From Eledone cirrhosa (taxonomy: Eukaryota), in NCBI GenBank assembly GCA_964016885.1, contig OZ024741.1:42656001-42720000 (forward strand): a stretch of 64,000 bases of DNA. Reading direction: 5' to 3'. Positions 15,102-31,725 of this stretch are shown here, in pieces. Every line of letters starts with the position of its first letter. Position 1 is the first letter of the stretch. The position numbers were made by a program, and so were the translations under genes. The notes below the pieces were generated by a model, which had not been told where the DNA came from, made no database searches, and was given only the letters and a program-made list of their open reading frames with translations.

Positions 15102-15310
15102 ACAGGGTACGGACGGTATTTGAGAACCGATTTATGGTTTAAAAAACGCTTATATAATAACAGAAAAAACTGTATTCTTATAAAAATAACATAAACATAA
15201 AGCTAAATTATCAATTTAATAATTTCATTCAATAAAATCACCATAAGCATCAATAACGAGTGGTTGAAATCGTTTACAAGCTCAGATTCAGGTGTTCTTG
15301 TTCATATCGG
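15102..15310 (-). mobile_element. Tc1/mariner (maT/DD37D-like) 3' end
   Basis: TA-CAGGGT terminus; minus-strand ACKRFQPLVIDAYGDFIE* C-terminal motif. Confidence 0.55.
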
Positions 15311-15373
15311 ACTATAATAACTTGTGTGTTACACCTCTATTCTTTTAACTATATATATATATATAGTTAAAAG

Positions 15374-16636
15374 AACTCCAACCAGCATGGATTCCGTAAT
15401 GGAAGGGATTGCCTGACGCAACTACTGCATCACTTTGATGACATTTTGAGAGCCTTGGGAGAGGGTTCCAACACTGATGTTATCTACCTTGATTTCAGCA
15501 AGGCCTTTGACAGGGTTGATCATAACATTCTACTGAGAAAGCTGTCCAATATTGGTGTCACTGGAAAGCTGCTGCAGTGGATCAAGAGCTTCCTGTCAAA
15601 CAGAACCCAACATGTTGTAGTTGAGGGAGTCAAATCAAGCCCAGCCAAAGTCAGTAGTGGAGTCCCACAAGGCACTGTGTTGGGCCCACTTCTCTTCATC
15701 TATATTAATGACATCACTGACATCATCAAACACAGCAACATTAAAATTTTCGCTGATGATTCCAAGCTCCAAAAGGTCATCAATGGCGTGGATGACCGGA
15801 TAAGCCTTCAGTCAGACCTACTGGCTGTTACCCAATGGGCAGAAAAGAACAACATGTTACTGAACGAAGACAAATTCGAACTGATCCACTTTGGAAAAGA
15901 GGATGCTCTGAAACTCCCGTACTCCCTTCCCTCCGGGGAAACTCTCGTGGCATCTAACAACATCAGAGACTTGGGAGTAACCGTGGACAGCAACATAAGC
16001 TGGACCACGCATATAAGCAGCAAAGTTGACATGGCCCGCAGAATGTGTTCCTGGATCCTCAGAACCTTCCAGTCGAGAGATTCCCGCACCATTATCCTTC
16101 TCTTCTCTACTTTCGCCCGACCACACCTTGAATACTGTTGTCCACTGTGGTCTCCCCACACGAAACAAAGTATCATGAAACTTGAAGCTCCTCAAAGGGC
16201 AATCACGAAAAAGATAGATGGCATGTCAGACCTTGACTACTGGGGTCGATTGGAAAACCTGAAACTTTACTCACTCCAACGTCGCCGTGAGCGTTATATT
16301 ATCTGCATGATGTGGAAAATGTTCCATCATCACTGCCCAAATGATGTTGGCATCGCCTTCAAGATTCACCCAAGGCTTGGGCCCCGTGCTATCCGTCCCA
16401 TTCAAAAATCTAAATCGCAACTCATAACAACAATACGGCACAATTATTTCACCTCAATCGGCCCTGCTCTCTTCAACATCACACCAGGACACGTCAAAAC
16501 AGAAACTGACCACACAAAATTCAAGAAGTCTTTGGACAAATTCCTCCAAGTAATCCCGGACAAACCACCCACACCCGGATATGTCTCCGCAAACAGTAAT
16601 TCTCTTCTCGAATGGGCCATGGTGCCCAAATCCTGA
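15374..16636 (+). CDS. LINE reverse transcriptase, 5'-truncated open frame
   Basis: [62 protein letters not shown] motifs. Confidence 0.9.
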   Translation, partial: NSNQHGFRNGRDCLTQLLHHFDDILRALGEGSNTDVIYLDFSKAFDRVDHNILLRKLSNIGVTGKLLQWIKSFLSNRTQHVVVEGVKSSPAKVSSGVPQGTVLGPLLFIYINDITDIIKHSNIKIFADDSKLQKVINGVDDRISLQSDLLAVTQWAEKNNMLLNEDKFELIHFGKEDALKLPYSLPSGETLVASNNIRDLGVTVDSNISWTTHISSKVDMARRMCSWILRTFQSRDSRTIILLFSTFARPHLEYCCPLWSPHTKQSIMKLEAPQRAITKKIDGMSDLDYWGRLENLKLYSLQRRRERYIICMMWKMFHHHCPNDVGIAFKIHPRLGPRAIRPIQKSKSQLITTIRHNYFTSIGPALFNITPGHVKTETDHTKFKKSLDKFLQVIPDKPPTPGYVSANSNSLLEWAMVPKS

Positions 16637-16720
16637 ATTGAAAGACTTCGCCAGGTGGTGCTATTAAGTTAGACATGGCCTGGGCCAATACTGGCCAAAA
16701 CATATCAAAGTTATCAAAGT

Positions 16721-16721
<1 letters not shown>
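15374..16721 (+). mobile_element. 5'-truncated CR1/L2-group LINE
   Basis: RT ORF, short 3' UTR and atcaaagtt terminal repeats, then (TA)n. Confidence 0.85.
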
Positions 16722-18883
<2,162 letters not shown>

Positions 18884-18889
18884 TACATG

Positions 18890-18958
<69 letters not shown>

Positions 18959-19039
18959 TCTACCGATTGTGTTGTTATTTCTGTTTACTTTTTACATACA
19001 TAAATATATATACACATGATACGGACTGTATTTAGTCAT

Positions 19040-19222
19040 TTGGCAGTATCGGTAGAGAGTCGGGCACCATGCTTTGAAGCATAGAGTTACGTCCCTTTAT
19101 GATCTTAGTTCAAATCCCGCCGAGGTTAACTTTGCCTTTCATCCTTACGGCGTCGATAAAATAAAGTAGCAGTAATCTACTGGATGATTGCTGGCGTTGT
19201 GCCAAAAATAGAAAGAATTATT
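19040..19222 (+). mobile_element. tRNA-derived SINE
   Basis: Matches the consensus-like copy at 61377-61567. Confidence 0.85.
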
Positions 19223-19278
19223 TTATTTAACTAATTTTTATTGAACTTCTATTTCAGAAAATAACAATGAAATTAACT

Positions 19279-19682
19279 ATGCTTACTAATGAAATGAAAA
19301 GGTATGTTGTGATTGTGGCTTTGAAGGCTAAGCATGGTGATTTAGAATGTTCACGTTTTCTGAAAGTTGCAAGACCTTTTGTCCACAAGATTCGGTGTGA
19401 GTTAGAGAAACGTTAAAAACATTCCAAACACGCTGATTCTATCAGAATACCTGAATTTATTTAGGAAGTTAAGAAAAACATTGATGACAATCCAGGAAAA
19501 TCCATGAGATCAATTGCAAAAAATGTTAGTGTGCATGAAGACATCAGATACAAATCTTACGCGATGTCAGGAAAAAAAACCGTTTAATCAGATCCAAGAG
19601 ACTTTGGAACAAACTTAAAAATCCATCAGAAGATGATGTGATTTGGTTTTTCTCAGATGAGAAAAACTTTGGCCAGGACCAG

Positions 19683-19685
<3 letters not shown>
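19279..19685 (+). pseudogene. Tc1/mariner (maT/DD37D-like) transposase N-terminal half
   Basis: MLTNEMKRYVVIVAL..DDNPGKSMRSIAK..VHEDIRYKSY..IWFFSDEKNF with stops and deletions; truncated by (TA)n. Confidence 0.7.
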
Positions 19686-19721
<36 letters not shown>

Positions 19722-19726
<5 letters not shown>

Positions 19727-19994
19727 AAAGAATAGAGGTGTAACACACAAGTTATTATATATTGGTAATAAACGGAATAGAAAATGCTGACCAATTGTTC
19801 ACAGTTGAAAAATGGTTTAATTAGGAATAAAAGAGTATTAGTGATTGTATGGGTTAGTATTCAGTTGTGGTTTTAAGTTTTTAAACTTAAAACCACAACT
19901 GAATACTAACCCATACAATCACTATTACTCTTTTATTCCTAATTAAATCATTTTTCAACTGTGAACAATTTGTCAGCATTTTCTATTCCGTTTA

Positions 19995-19999
<5 letters not shown>
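19722..19999. mobile_element. near-perfect ~240-bp palindrome with 40-nt tail
   Basis: Arms 19762-~19880 and ~19883-19999; tail agttaaaagaatagaggtgtaacacacaagttatt also present reversed at 15314-15350. Confidence 0.75.
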
Positions 20000-20070
<71 letters not shown>

Positions 20071-20092
20071 TATCCATGGTAAGTTGGTAAAA

Positions 20093-20645
20093 TTAAGTCA
20101 TTAGAAATATACTTCACTAGGTTACGATCGTTTCTAGGTGATGATCTATGTTATCGATCTATGTAAGGTTAGTTTCAAAATATCAGATAAAGAGAATATT
20201 TACTTACATGTATATCACCAGCTGTTGTCAAAAGCAATAATAATGTTATTCAAAATTAGTAGTAAATTAGTATTATGTTTAGTTCTATGACCTTATTTGG
20301 AGGTAGCTGAAGAACTAATCAATCAGATTCTTTTTTTCCATATGATATTAAGATGAAAAATAATTCCCTTTAGTTGAGGTCATCAACCATTCCTTTCAAA
20401 GGGTCATGACCTCAACTAAAGTGAATTATTTTTCATCTTAACATAATACTAATTTACTACTAATTTTGAATAAAATTATTATTGCTTTTGACAACAGCTG
20501 GTGATATACATGTAAGTACATATTCTCTTTATCTGGTATTTTGTAACTAACCTTACATAGATCGATAACGAAGTATAGTTACGATGTATTATCATCACCT
20601 AGAAACGATCGTAAAGCATTGAAGTATATTTCTAATGAATTGATT
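20093..20645. mobile_element. foldback insert in (TA)n
   Basis: Long inverted arms (cattagaaatatacttca.. / ..tgaagtatatttctaatg); includes GAAA-cgatcg-UA, like a hammerhead stem III. Confidence 0.7.
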
Positions 20646-20666
20646 TTTTATTTCATTGTTTAAACT

Positions 20667-20697
<31 letters not shown>

Positions 20698-21961
20698 AAT
20701 ATACAGGAACATATGATTATATATAAATAAAAATTCGTAAAATTGTTCACTGATAATTGAGAGAATAACCGAAACCGATATCCAAGGAAACGATATATTT
20801 AAGCAAATCCATAAGCTAGTATATAGCAGGTACGACCAGAAAGAATTCAAAGATGAATATTTGCAGCAATACTTTAAAAAATGTTTCACATAAGGTCTCG
20901 GTGGCTGAGTGGCATAATTACTGGTTGCAAAAGCGTGGATTTTTAACAACACACAGTGTAAAGAGTTTCCTCCGCAAGGAAGAACAATAAGTTTGAATGT
21001 GGATACATCGACTGGTCGTTGGCGTCGTTAGGCTATACGATGCTCACCTTGGCGTCAACGGGTCGGCGGTCGCCCGCATCCTTCGGCTTCGTATCGATGG
21101 CACTGCGGTCGCCGGCATCCTTCACCGTCGCGAATCTCCGCCTCACTCGCCTCGGCGCCGCCGGCTCTGCGGTCGTCAGCTCTCTTCGGCGTCGTGAGAT
21201 GGAGTCACACTCGTCTCGGCGCCGATCAGCTTTTCGTCCTCGGTTTCCTTTGCTCGCCTCTCTACCACTTAAAGAGTGCCTATATTTGTGTCCTCGTGTG
21301 TGTGTTTGTTTGTGTATGTACGTGTACATATCTACGCATATAGTTTTGAATGAGAACTTACATATGTCTGCATTCATACATGTACGCCTACGCCGACCTC
21401 GCGTGTCAGTCTCATTCCACATCTATCACGTTTCTACTCTGATCAGCTCGCATACTCAATAATATAAACACAATAACCCTTGAAATAAATCACAGTAACA
21501 TGTCCACCATGACATTTATATCCTGACAGCTTTGAATAAACAAAGAAAACACGCAAACGCATATTTGTTTCTCCTTCTTTTGATGCATGCCTCGCTTTCA
21601 ATTAGTCTTCAATATTCTAGCCTTGTTCCGAATCTTTTACTTTTCAACGTGGCTGGCTAATAAGAACACACGCTTTCTTTCATTTCTACCCTTTTGCGAA
21701 CGTGTTTACTCCCGTATATATTCCAAACATCCATTCCTCTTTCTCTCATTCTATCTCCCGATGTAGGTTTAGTGTCCGAAACGTCATGATTCTTTTCCAA
21801 CTATATCAATCATTAAGCTGATACACAATTTTTGAATTCTTTCTGGTCGTACCTGCTTTATACTAGCTTATGGATTTACTTAAATATATGTTTCCTGTGT
21901 TGTTTTATCTTGTTGAATGTCATACATATATAATGTTATTATATATGTATATATATATAAG

Positions 21962-22151
21962 AGCGGTGGATTGGCAGTATCAGTAGAGGGTTGGACGCCA
22001 TTCTTTGCAGCATAGAGTTACAGCCTTTTAGGATCTGAGTTCAAATCTCACGAAGTTGACTTTGCCTTTCATCCTTGAGGGGTCGATAAAATAATGTACC
22101 AGTAATGCACTCGGGAAAATGCTGGCCTTGTGCCAAAAGTAGAACCAATTA
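21962..22151 (+). mobile_element. tRNA-derived SINE
   Basis: gcggtggattggcagtatc..gagttcaaatc..gcctttcatcc..ggtcgataaaa. Confidence 0.85.
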
Positions 22152-23284
22152 TATATATATAAAGAGAGATTTGGGGTTTGCTTGATTAGCAAGTCTAATG
22201 AGCAGATTGGGCTGGACTTGTGTCTATAGGTCCTGAGCCACACATTTGTGAAAGGGTCGTAACTGTGTATAAACAATATAAAGACCTTAATCTGAAACCA
22301 CGTCGTGTTTACCACACACACATTCACCCCCCCCCCCCCCACACACACAGACAGACAGACAGACAGACACACACACTCACATATATATATATATATAACT
22401 ATCTTAGCAAACTTTTTATTGAGTTTTGCTTGCCAATAAAACACAACTAACTCCCTTTGACTCATTGAAAAACAGTGTACACTTCCAAAAGCAATGGTTG
22501 ATTTGACTATCTCTACTCAGTAAAACAATACAAAAAATACAAACTAAATGACCAAACACAGACAGAAGTAGCACTAAAACTAGCACAACACAACATGAAT
22601 AGTTATTAACAATATGAACCTTGATCTAAAATATTTCATGCAAACAAGTGACTTTTGTTGATCCAACCAACCCTTTAAAACGAACGAAAAATATATCAGT
22701 AAAAATGTATAACAAAAAAATAAATAAAACACAAAATGAAATAAACTAAAACAAATACGAAAAATTGCAAATAAAATATGTATCGTATCAGATGAAATGT
22801 TTTATCTCGTCTTTCTAAAGAATTTAATCTAAGAAGGACAATTTCCAATTTTTTCATGCATTCTAGAATTATGCTTTAAACCAATGGAGCAAAAACAATG
22901 TTTTAGCATTTTTGAAGTTTTATTTTTAATGTTTGGCGGGTTTAAAGATAACATCTAGCCAAATATTTTTTTATTGAATATTTTGCACAACTGAAAAATA
23001 GCCGCAAAGTTATGAAAACTTTATATCGACTGATTTGATAATGATGAAGGATCTCCGTTGATTTTGATGTTGAGCATTCTGTCTTTCGATTGGTTAAACG
23101 TCCGATTCTTTAAATTAACATATACGTGAATTAGTTTTCAATAGACACATGTAGCCTTAACATGATTCTCGAGTAGAATCACCGTGTCACATTTTACTCT
23201 TCCTGGGTACTAACATGGATGTAGAAATTAATATTTTTAAAGAAATTTCTCCGGAAAGTATCTTCGAAATGAAAATATTACAGA

Positions 23285-23477
23285 TAATTGTTTCTACTTA
23301 TGGCACAAGGCCAGCAATTTCCCCAGTGCATTACTGGTACTTTATTTTATCGACCTCGTAGGGATGAAAAGCAAAGTTAACCTCGGCGGGATTTGAACTC
23401 AGATCATAAAGGGCCGTAACTCTATGCTGTAAAGCATGGTGTCCGTCTGTCTACCGATACTGCCAATCACCACCCTT
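23285..23477 (-). mobile_element. tRNA-derived SINE
   Basis: Full-length reverse copy of the dominant SINE. Confidence 0.85.
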
Positions 23478-24209
23478 ACAGATAATATTACAGATAATAA
23501 CACAAAATTATTGCAGTAGCTACTTCATCGAAGCAAGAAAACATCGATTATAATAATCATAAGAAGGATGTGGGTATGGCGTGACTACAATTTGTTTGAA
23601 GCACACCATCACCCTTATAATAACATCTTAACGAATGCTTACTTTATATGAGATATCAATATACCTCAATGGTCCCCCAAATTATTTCGTCGCAAAACTG
23701 TTACATGACTTACAATCTCTCCTCACTTCCTCACCCCCAAAAGAAAGAAAATCAACAACTGCGAAACCCACCAGTTTAGATTTAATAGGAAAATAAATAA
23801 AACAGAAATAGTTTAAGAGAAATAATATATAGATATACATAGACGTATGTTAATAAAACACACTTTTATTAAACTTTATTAAAAGATACCTTATTGGGAA
23901 GAAGCTTTAGATTTTTTTCGCTTGAATCCAAAAGATTCTGTAGCTGAGCACAGTAAATATGTAGACATGAATAAGGCAATTATGCGTAAATATATAATTA
24001 AGAATGGAATGAGATTGACCTCCATATGTTTGAAGGATTAGTATTCCAGTTGCTCGATCAACGGAATAGTCTGTCGTGAAATAAATGAGGAAGTGGCTGA
24101 TCATATCGTAGATACATGTACCCTAAACTTAATTCTCAGGGAGCTATAATATTGAATTTCCTGTACAGTTAATTCGAAGGGCTTCCATACTGTTTTCCTC
24201 TACACGATT

Positions 24210-24702
24210 TTATTCACAAGGGTTGGGGCGACACGAGGCCATGGTAAAGGAAATATCCAAAGATTCCATCTGAGGGATAACTCGTAATTTTAAGATTGCA
24301 GAGCAAAATTCTTAACCTGCCAGTCACGTTGCATCTACATAGTTAAGAAGGATGCAAACACAAGAAGTAAAGAAGTAAATCACAAATTGCCAATAGAAAA
24401 AAGACTCTCGGTTCGCCAATAATCACAATAGATAACGAACTAGCCAACTCCCTATTTCATTCACAAGGGTTGGGGCGACACGAGGCCAAGATAAAGGAAA
24501 TATCCAAAGATTCCATCTGAGGGATAACTCGTAATTTTAAGATTGCAGAGCAAAATGCTTAACCTGCCAGTCACGTTGCATCTACATAGTTAAGAAGGAA
24601 ACAAACACAAGAGGTAAAAAAGTAAATCACAAATTGCCAATAGAAAAAAGACTCTCGCTTCGCCAATAATCACAATAGATAACGAACTAGCCAACTCCCT
24701 AC
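24210..24702. repeat. tandem duplication, ~245-bp unit x2
   Basis: attcacaagggttggggcgacacgaggcc..gaactagccaactcccta at 24212-24454 and 24460-24701. Confidence 0.9.
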
Positions 24703-26463
24703 CGATGGTGGTGAGTAGGAATGTGATCCTAGGGCCAAGGACTCAAAAATCTCCACTGCTACGGGCTAGACCGCAAAGCTGTTGGAGAGCGACCTATATT
24801 TGGAGAGATTACCCTTCTCGCCCGACGTGCAGCAGAGCCTGGATTAGTAACAGATTGAACCACGAATTAAAATAATTATCAACTAAGAAACAACAATTGA
24901 ATTAAACAAGTAACTACGCGTTCAGACCTTGTGCCGATCTGTGTATTTCAAAATACATAATGGCTACCGGGGCTTTAAGTACAAGATAAACTCAAGTTGT
25001 TTCAACATTTTCATTTTCTTCACAATACATAAATATTTAATCAAAATATTTTATTTCAAATATAGTTATAATGGTGTAGTCAATTGTAATGTTACTGTAA
25101 ATGAAGTGTTACAATTAGTCTTCTACTTTCGCCATGCATGTTACATGTTAGCTGCTTTGTTAATTTTTGGTTTTTATGATTATTTCCTCACTTTCTGAAT
25201 CTTCTGTTATCTCTGATGTTTTATAATACCAATGATATACACAATTCTTACAACACGTTGTACAATTTCTGTCTGATGAGAAATTGTATCGAAGCTTGCA
25301 TGCGCCAATGGATTTCCACTGCGTAAGTTATCAAATTAATTCATCACATATATTTAAGTAAAAGTCATCCATTACCTGTTATTTCTAATTTCTTCTCACT
25401 TAGTTTCTCTAAAGGTTTCATTCAAAGGCATAAAAGTACTTAACTGAAAGGAATATCACACAGGTTAATATTGTTTTAGTAATCTTGCACTAGTAGTAGG
25501 CAAATTGGCAGAGTCATTCCTTCCGGTTGTCTGCACTCTAATTTCAAAACAAGCAAAGGTCAACTTTGCCTTTCATCTTTTCGAGGTGAATAAAAGAGTA
25601 CCAGTCCGGTACGATAGTCGATTCTTCCTCTATATTTCATTCTCACCTTCACTCTATCAGTCACTTTCTCCTCTGTACGAAAATGGCTGCATTCAGAGAG
25701 GATATGTGCTTTGCCAGGCTTAAAAACATTGCATGTCGCTATAGTGTCCCTTTCACTCCATCAGGACTTACAGGTCTATGCATACATACAATCCTGCACT
25801 GATGTAATGTTATTGTAACCAATAAAATAACAGCTGGTCAGTACTCAGATTTATACTAACATATTTATAATACCCTTTTAAAAGAAAATAGGAAAATAGC
25901 ATGTTTATAACGATTAATGCTACATATAAATATATATCTACAGATACACCATGTAGTATATTATATTATTGAAACAAAGCAGTATTTATATACTGGTCAT
26001 TTATAGATATTTATATTACAGACTTGCTGATAAGGTCTCCACCAGCTAGCGCTTGCGGCGAGTTTGCAATGTCCACCCCACCCACCTTTTACAATTTAGT
26101 AAATAAAATAAGTTATCTATACGATATATAACTTGAACAAACACTGTAGATTGTATAAATTGAATTTATAATCATAATTGTGATAATGTTGTTAAGGATA
26201 TTGTAATCTGCACCCCTCTACTGCGCGCTCGGCTGTGTAATATAAAAATCAATTCCTAACACACACAGACACACACATACACACACACATACAGGCACAC
26301 ACATAGACACATATATATATTTTTATATCTATACATCTATCTATATATATATTTGTATCTATCTATATTATATTAATATTAGGATGAAAAGAAATTCACG
26401 TCAGAAGCGAGAAAAAATAGCAAAATGAACCACTGAAAGAGAGAGAGAGAGGGAGAGAGAGAA

Positions 26464-26529
<66 letters not shown>

Positions 26530-28188
26530 AGAAGAGGAAACCAAGAAAAAAACTTAGACAGACTGGGCAGACACACAGATATTGTGTTTTCTAAATATAG
26601 ATATAAAGAATACGTGTATATTTAAAGTTGACTGCCAAACATATATTAGACACAATTCATTTTCACTAACTCTATACCATTGTGGCTAACAGTAGGTAGA
26701 TATATGTAGACATTATTGTGAAGATCGAAGGGGTGTAATTTCATATTGAAATATTGATACGCTGCTGTCTCAGTTGAGATAAAAACTCAATATTTCGAGC
26801 ACGTATAAGAATCAATATTGACAGCATTATTAGTACATAACAACTACGTCCTTGGTTTTACCAAACTGGATTCAATTGTTGCCGACGACAAACCTCATGA
26901 AATGATGGAAGACAGCTGTTTTAGTAACCTTCAGTTGTCATTTGAAAGGATATTGTAATTGTCTTTCAAATATATTCTTTAATAAACGCACTATTTACCC
27001 TTTCGTGCCAGAAGCAACTGGTGGCACCTCTAAATTTCTATAGATCAAAAATAGTTTGAAACCGTTGATGACATTTCAAGTCAATATCAACGAAGAAACC
27101 TTTGCCAACATTCTTAGATTGTAAACTTTATAACTTCGAATTTCTTTCTTTTCTATATATAGTAAGTTTTCTCTCTTCTAAACTTTAACTCATAGATGAC
27201 ATAATGTATAGATAGAATAGTTATATATAGTAGCCATTACAATAGCTGCCAGCAGTTGCGGACTTCAAAATCAATTGCACACTGTTCTCAACAGCGTTAT
27301 ATTCAAATCCACCGGAAGGGATTTCATGACAGTTGGCAACTGTTTGTGTTACAGAATTACAATACGTGAACGTAGGATCTTGTGCTACACTATCGTAACA
27401 AAGGACATTAATAACTTTAGGTTAACGGGTTAAATGACAATATTTTATGAGCAAAAAATTCCAAATATTTTATTCTGTTCTATATTATTAAAATTTTATT
27501 TTCATGCATTGCATTCTCATTTATCATGTGGATACGATTACTATTCTTGCAGCCTCCTCTGTGTCTCATATCACTTGAGATTTACGGAAGGTTATTGGTG
27601 GTAATAGTGATGTGTGTATATTGGCTGTAAAATGTTTAGAATCCAAACATAGTTTAGCATGAAAGATAACATCATGTGTTATTTCTGTAGGCTAAAAGAG
27701 TGATAGATTGGCAGAATCTGTAGAGCGTCAGACTAAGTGTCTAGTTGTGCTTATTTTTTTTTTACGTTCTGAGTTAAAATCCTGCTGAACTCACCTTTGT
27801 CTTTCTTGCTTCCGGGGTCGGTCAAATAAAATATTTGCCAACAACACTAGCAGAACTTTTAGAATATCGGATGAGATGGCTTACGTTCTAATTTCAAATC
27901 CCGCCTTGGCTTTGTGGATAGGGGAATTTACATTGCAACAGATTTAACGATTAACAGCAGCTTTTGGTGCGTCGCTGCTTTCAGCGGAATTTTCCCTGCT
28001 GCTAACATTGAGGGCAGGTGTCGGGTTTGACACCTGCCGTCAATGTTAGCAGCAAAAGTCATTGACCCTGAAAAAAGTCATTGGCAATGATCTATCGCAG
28101 TATCAAATATGTATTGGGGGTCGATTTAATTGACGTCCTATCTCCATAAATATTACTAGTTTCGTACCTAAATTAGGAACAATTCTGC

Positions 28189-28222
<34 letters not shown>

Positions 28223-28226
28223 GATG

Positions 28227-28260
<34 letters not shown>

Positions 28261-28271
28261 TCATTCTTACG

Positions 28272-28930
28272 GTCGGTGGATTGGCCGAATCGACAGACCA
28301 TCGGTCAAATGCCTCGCGACATAGAGTTACGTCCCTTTAAGTTCTGAGTTCAAATACCGCCAAGGTTAGCTTTGCGTTTCATCCTTACGGGGTCGACAAA
28401 ATAAAGTACCAGTAATGCATTGGGATAATTGCTGGCCTTGCGCCAAAAGTAGAAATAGTTATTATTATTATTGTTACAGCATAGAGTTATGGCCCTTTAC
28501 CTTCTGAGTACAAATCCCGCCGAGAATAACTTTGGATTTCATCCTTACGGGGTCGAGAAAATAAAGTACCAGTAATGCTCTGGGATAATTACTGGCCTTG
28601 TGCCAAAAGTAGAAACAATTATTATTATTATTATAAAACAAGAGAAACAGTTACTATTATTATTATTGTTATAAAGTACCAGTAATGCTCTGAGTATTTT
28701 CTGGTCTTGTGCCAAAAGTAGAAACAATTATTATTATTGTTATTATTATTATACAAAGAAACTGTCCGTCGGACGCTGTGCTTTCCAGCATAGTTACGTC
28801 CCTTTACAGTCTAAGTTCAAATCTCGCCGAGGTTGACTTTGCCTTTCATCCTTACGGGGTCGATAAAATAAAGTACCAGTAATGCACTGGTGAATTTGCT
28901 GGCCTTGTGCCAAAAAGTAGAAACAATTAT
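28272..28930 (+). mobile_element. head-to-tail cluster of 4 SINE copies/fragments
   Basis: Repeated ggtcgataaaataaagtaccagtaatgc..gccaaaagtagaaacaatt(att)n. Confidence 0.85.
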
Positions 28931-29249
28931 TTTTTAAGAATTCGGAAAAGTCAATGCTCTCCGTCACTTCTATTCCTCTCTTCTATTCCTACATACGACA
29001 TCAGAATATAAACCTCAGAGTTTCATTGCTACGTTAGAAGGAGTTATTTGTTTGTGAGTATGGCAAACATTTGCTTCCCATGCGTATGAAAACTGTCACA
29101 GTGACTGTAGCACGGTTTTTGCAGTTAAGGCAACATTTCTCCTCTTACCGTACAGTAAATCAAGCAGAAAGCCAGGTACAACATTGCCTCACAGATGAAT
29201 GATTACCATTAGGAAAGTAGCTTAGATGTAAACATACACCAGCTCGATG

Positions 29250-29845
<596 letters not shown>

Positions 29846-30584
29846 TACATGTACATATGTAAGGGTGTGTGTGTGTACGTGTGAATAATACATGCGTTTA
29901 TAACGGATATTAAGAACATAGAAGAGGCAAAGGGAGAAAACATTTACAAAATCCAAATAAATAAATATGTTCAGTTTATTATCAAACTTTGTAAACATAT
30001 TGAGGGACTTATACAAATATTACTGATTTTCAGTTGTGTATCTGTTTACATGCTTCTATTGGTTTTCCTTAACACTCACTATTTTCACTTCCGAATAATT
30101 GCAGGTAGCTGAAATTTAATAATATCTCTTAATACAGTTTTCAACGCCTTACATTCAGAAATAAGAATCTCATGAGCATGTCTTTAACTTTTATTCCTTC
30201 GGGGTCGGGTCGCTAATATGAAATTAATGTAAACGATCACAAGTTTTCATCTCACACCCTGATGGCTTTGCAAAACAGCAAAAAGTGGAAATTCAGTCTA
30301 AATGAAATACGCTGTTCTACTAAATCTAATCTTTCTATAGTTGACAATAAATTCGTTAAAGAGTCGAATACACTGCATCTAAGTGATTTTAAATAGCAGG
30401 GTTTTATACACATGTGATCTAAGAATATTCGTAACCTCCTGTTTCCCATGAAGCCACCTAATTCAAAAGGAAGATTTTTTTTACGTGTAGAAAAAAAAAT
30501 GTAAGTGCTCATCTCCAAATTTCGAAATATGAAGAAGATAGTATAAGCCCATATAACATATCAATGGATGAACAAAGATAACGT

Positions 30585-30848
30585 CGGATAATTCTCCATA
30601 ATTCAACTTCTTATTGCTCATGAAAAACACATGGTTGGGAACCAGTATCGCAGTAATGCAGACATCACATCTGCTGTTGAGTACTTTTTTCGCCATTGGG
30701 ATGAAAGCGTCTTCACGAATGGGATCCAAGCACTGAAAGACCGATGAAGTGTGTGGACCGCAAGGGGGACTATGTTGAAGAATAACCTCATTTGGTCACA
30801 TTCCATGAGACTATCCTCGTCAGCCTATGAACGTTTCAGCCGACCCTT
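30585..30848 (+). mobile_element. mariner 3' fragment with TIR
   Basis: FFRHWDESVFTNGIQALKDR..GDYVEE* followed by gtcagcctatgaacgtttcagccgaccc. Confidence 0.7.
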
Positions 30849-31097
30849 TTAGATTACTTGTGAGAATATTTTACTAAACGAGTCAAGCTGTTCAGATTTT
30901 TCAATTTCAGAGAAACACGTAAACAAGACATGTTTACGTGTTTGCATATATAAGAGTGTGTATCTATATACTATACACATTCCTCATAGACTCATTTAAA
31001 TCCTGTTCTATCTCCGTAAATATATGAATTTATAGTATAATAATATTGTCTCCGAAGAAAGAGAGATGTAGATATACTCACATATTTACAGAAAAAA

Positions 31098-31720
31098 GGG
31101 CGGTGGATTGGCAGAATAGGGAAGGCGTCGGATAACATGATTAGTGGCATAGAGTTACGGCCATTTATGTTCTGTGTTCAAATCCCGACAAATATAGCTT
31201 TGCCTTTCATCCTTACGGGTCGATAAATAAAGCACCTGTTATGCACTGGGGTCGATGTAATCAACTTTCCCTTTCCCCAAAAATTGTTGGTCTTGTCCCT
31301 AAAGCAGAAACCATATTTATGGAAAATAATTCTTTGCTATAGTTTTGGAGACGCATGATAAGAGCGTTCTTCTGGTATATATAAAAATATATTGTCCAAA
31401 GTGCTTTTCCTTGTTTTATGACGGTAGTGGGTAATTGAATGAAATCTTGCTTCTATTTCTAGCAGGCTGAGCGACGGCATAGGTTATTTCTGTTATAAGG
31501 GCGGTGGATTGGGAGTATCAGTAGAGAGTCGGACACCATGCTTTTCAGAATAGAGTTACGGCCCTTTACGGTCTGAGTTCAAATCCCGCCGAGGTTTACT
31601 TTGCCATTCATCCTTACGAGGTCGATAAAATAAAGCACCAGTAATGCACTGAGGTCGATTTAATCGACTTTCCCCTCCCCTTCAATTTACTGGTCTTGTG
31701 CCTATACTAGAAATCATTAT
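31098..31720 (+). mobile_element. two SINE copies (31098-31315, 31499-31720)
   Basis: Dominant SINE consensus with a longer 3' part (ggggtcgat..aatcgactttcccc). Confidence 0.8.
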
Positions 31721-31725
31721 ACATA

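Noticed and set aside
24960-27432. Possible decayed pogo or piggyBac sequence (gggttaa at ~27427)
   Set aside because: No convincing transposase motifs or matching second end by eye
28272-28930. CRISPR-like repeat array
   Set aside because: Repeats are SINE bodies with irregular spacing in a eukaryotic context; no cas genes
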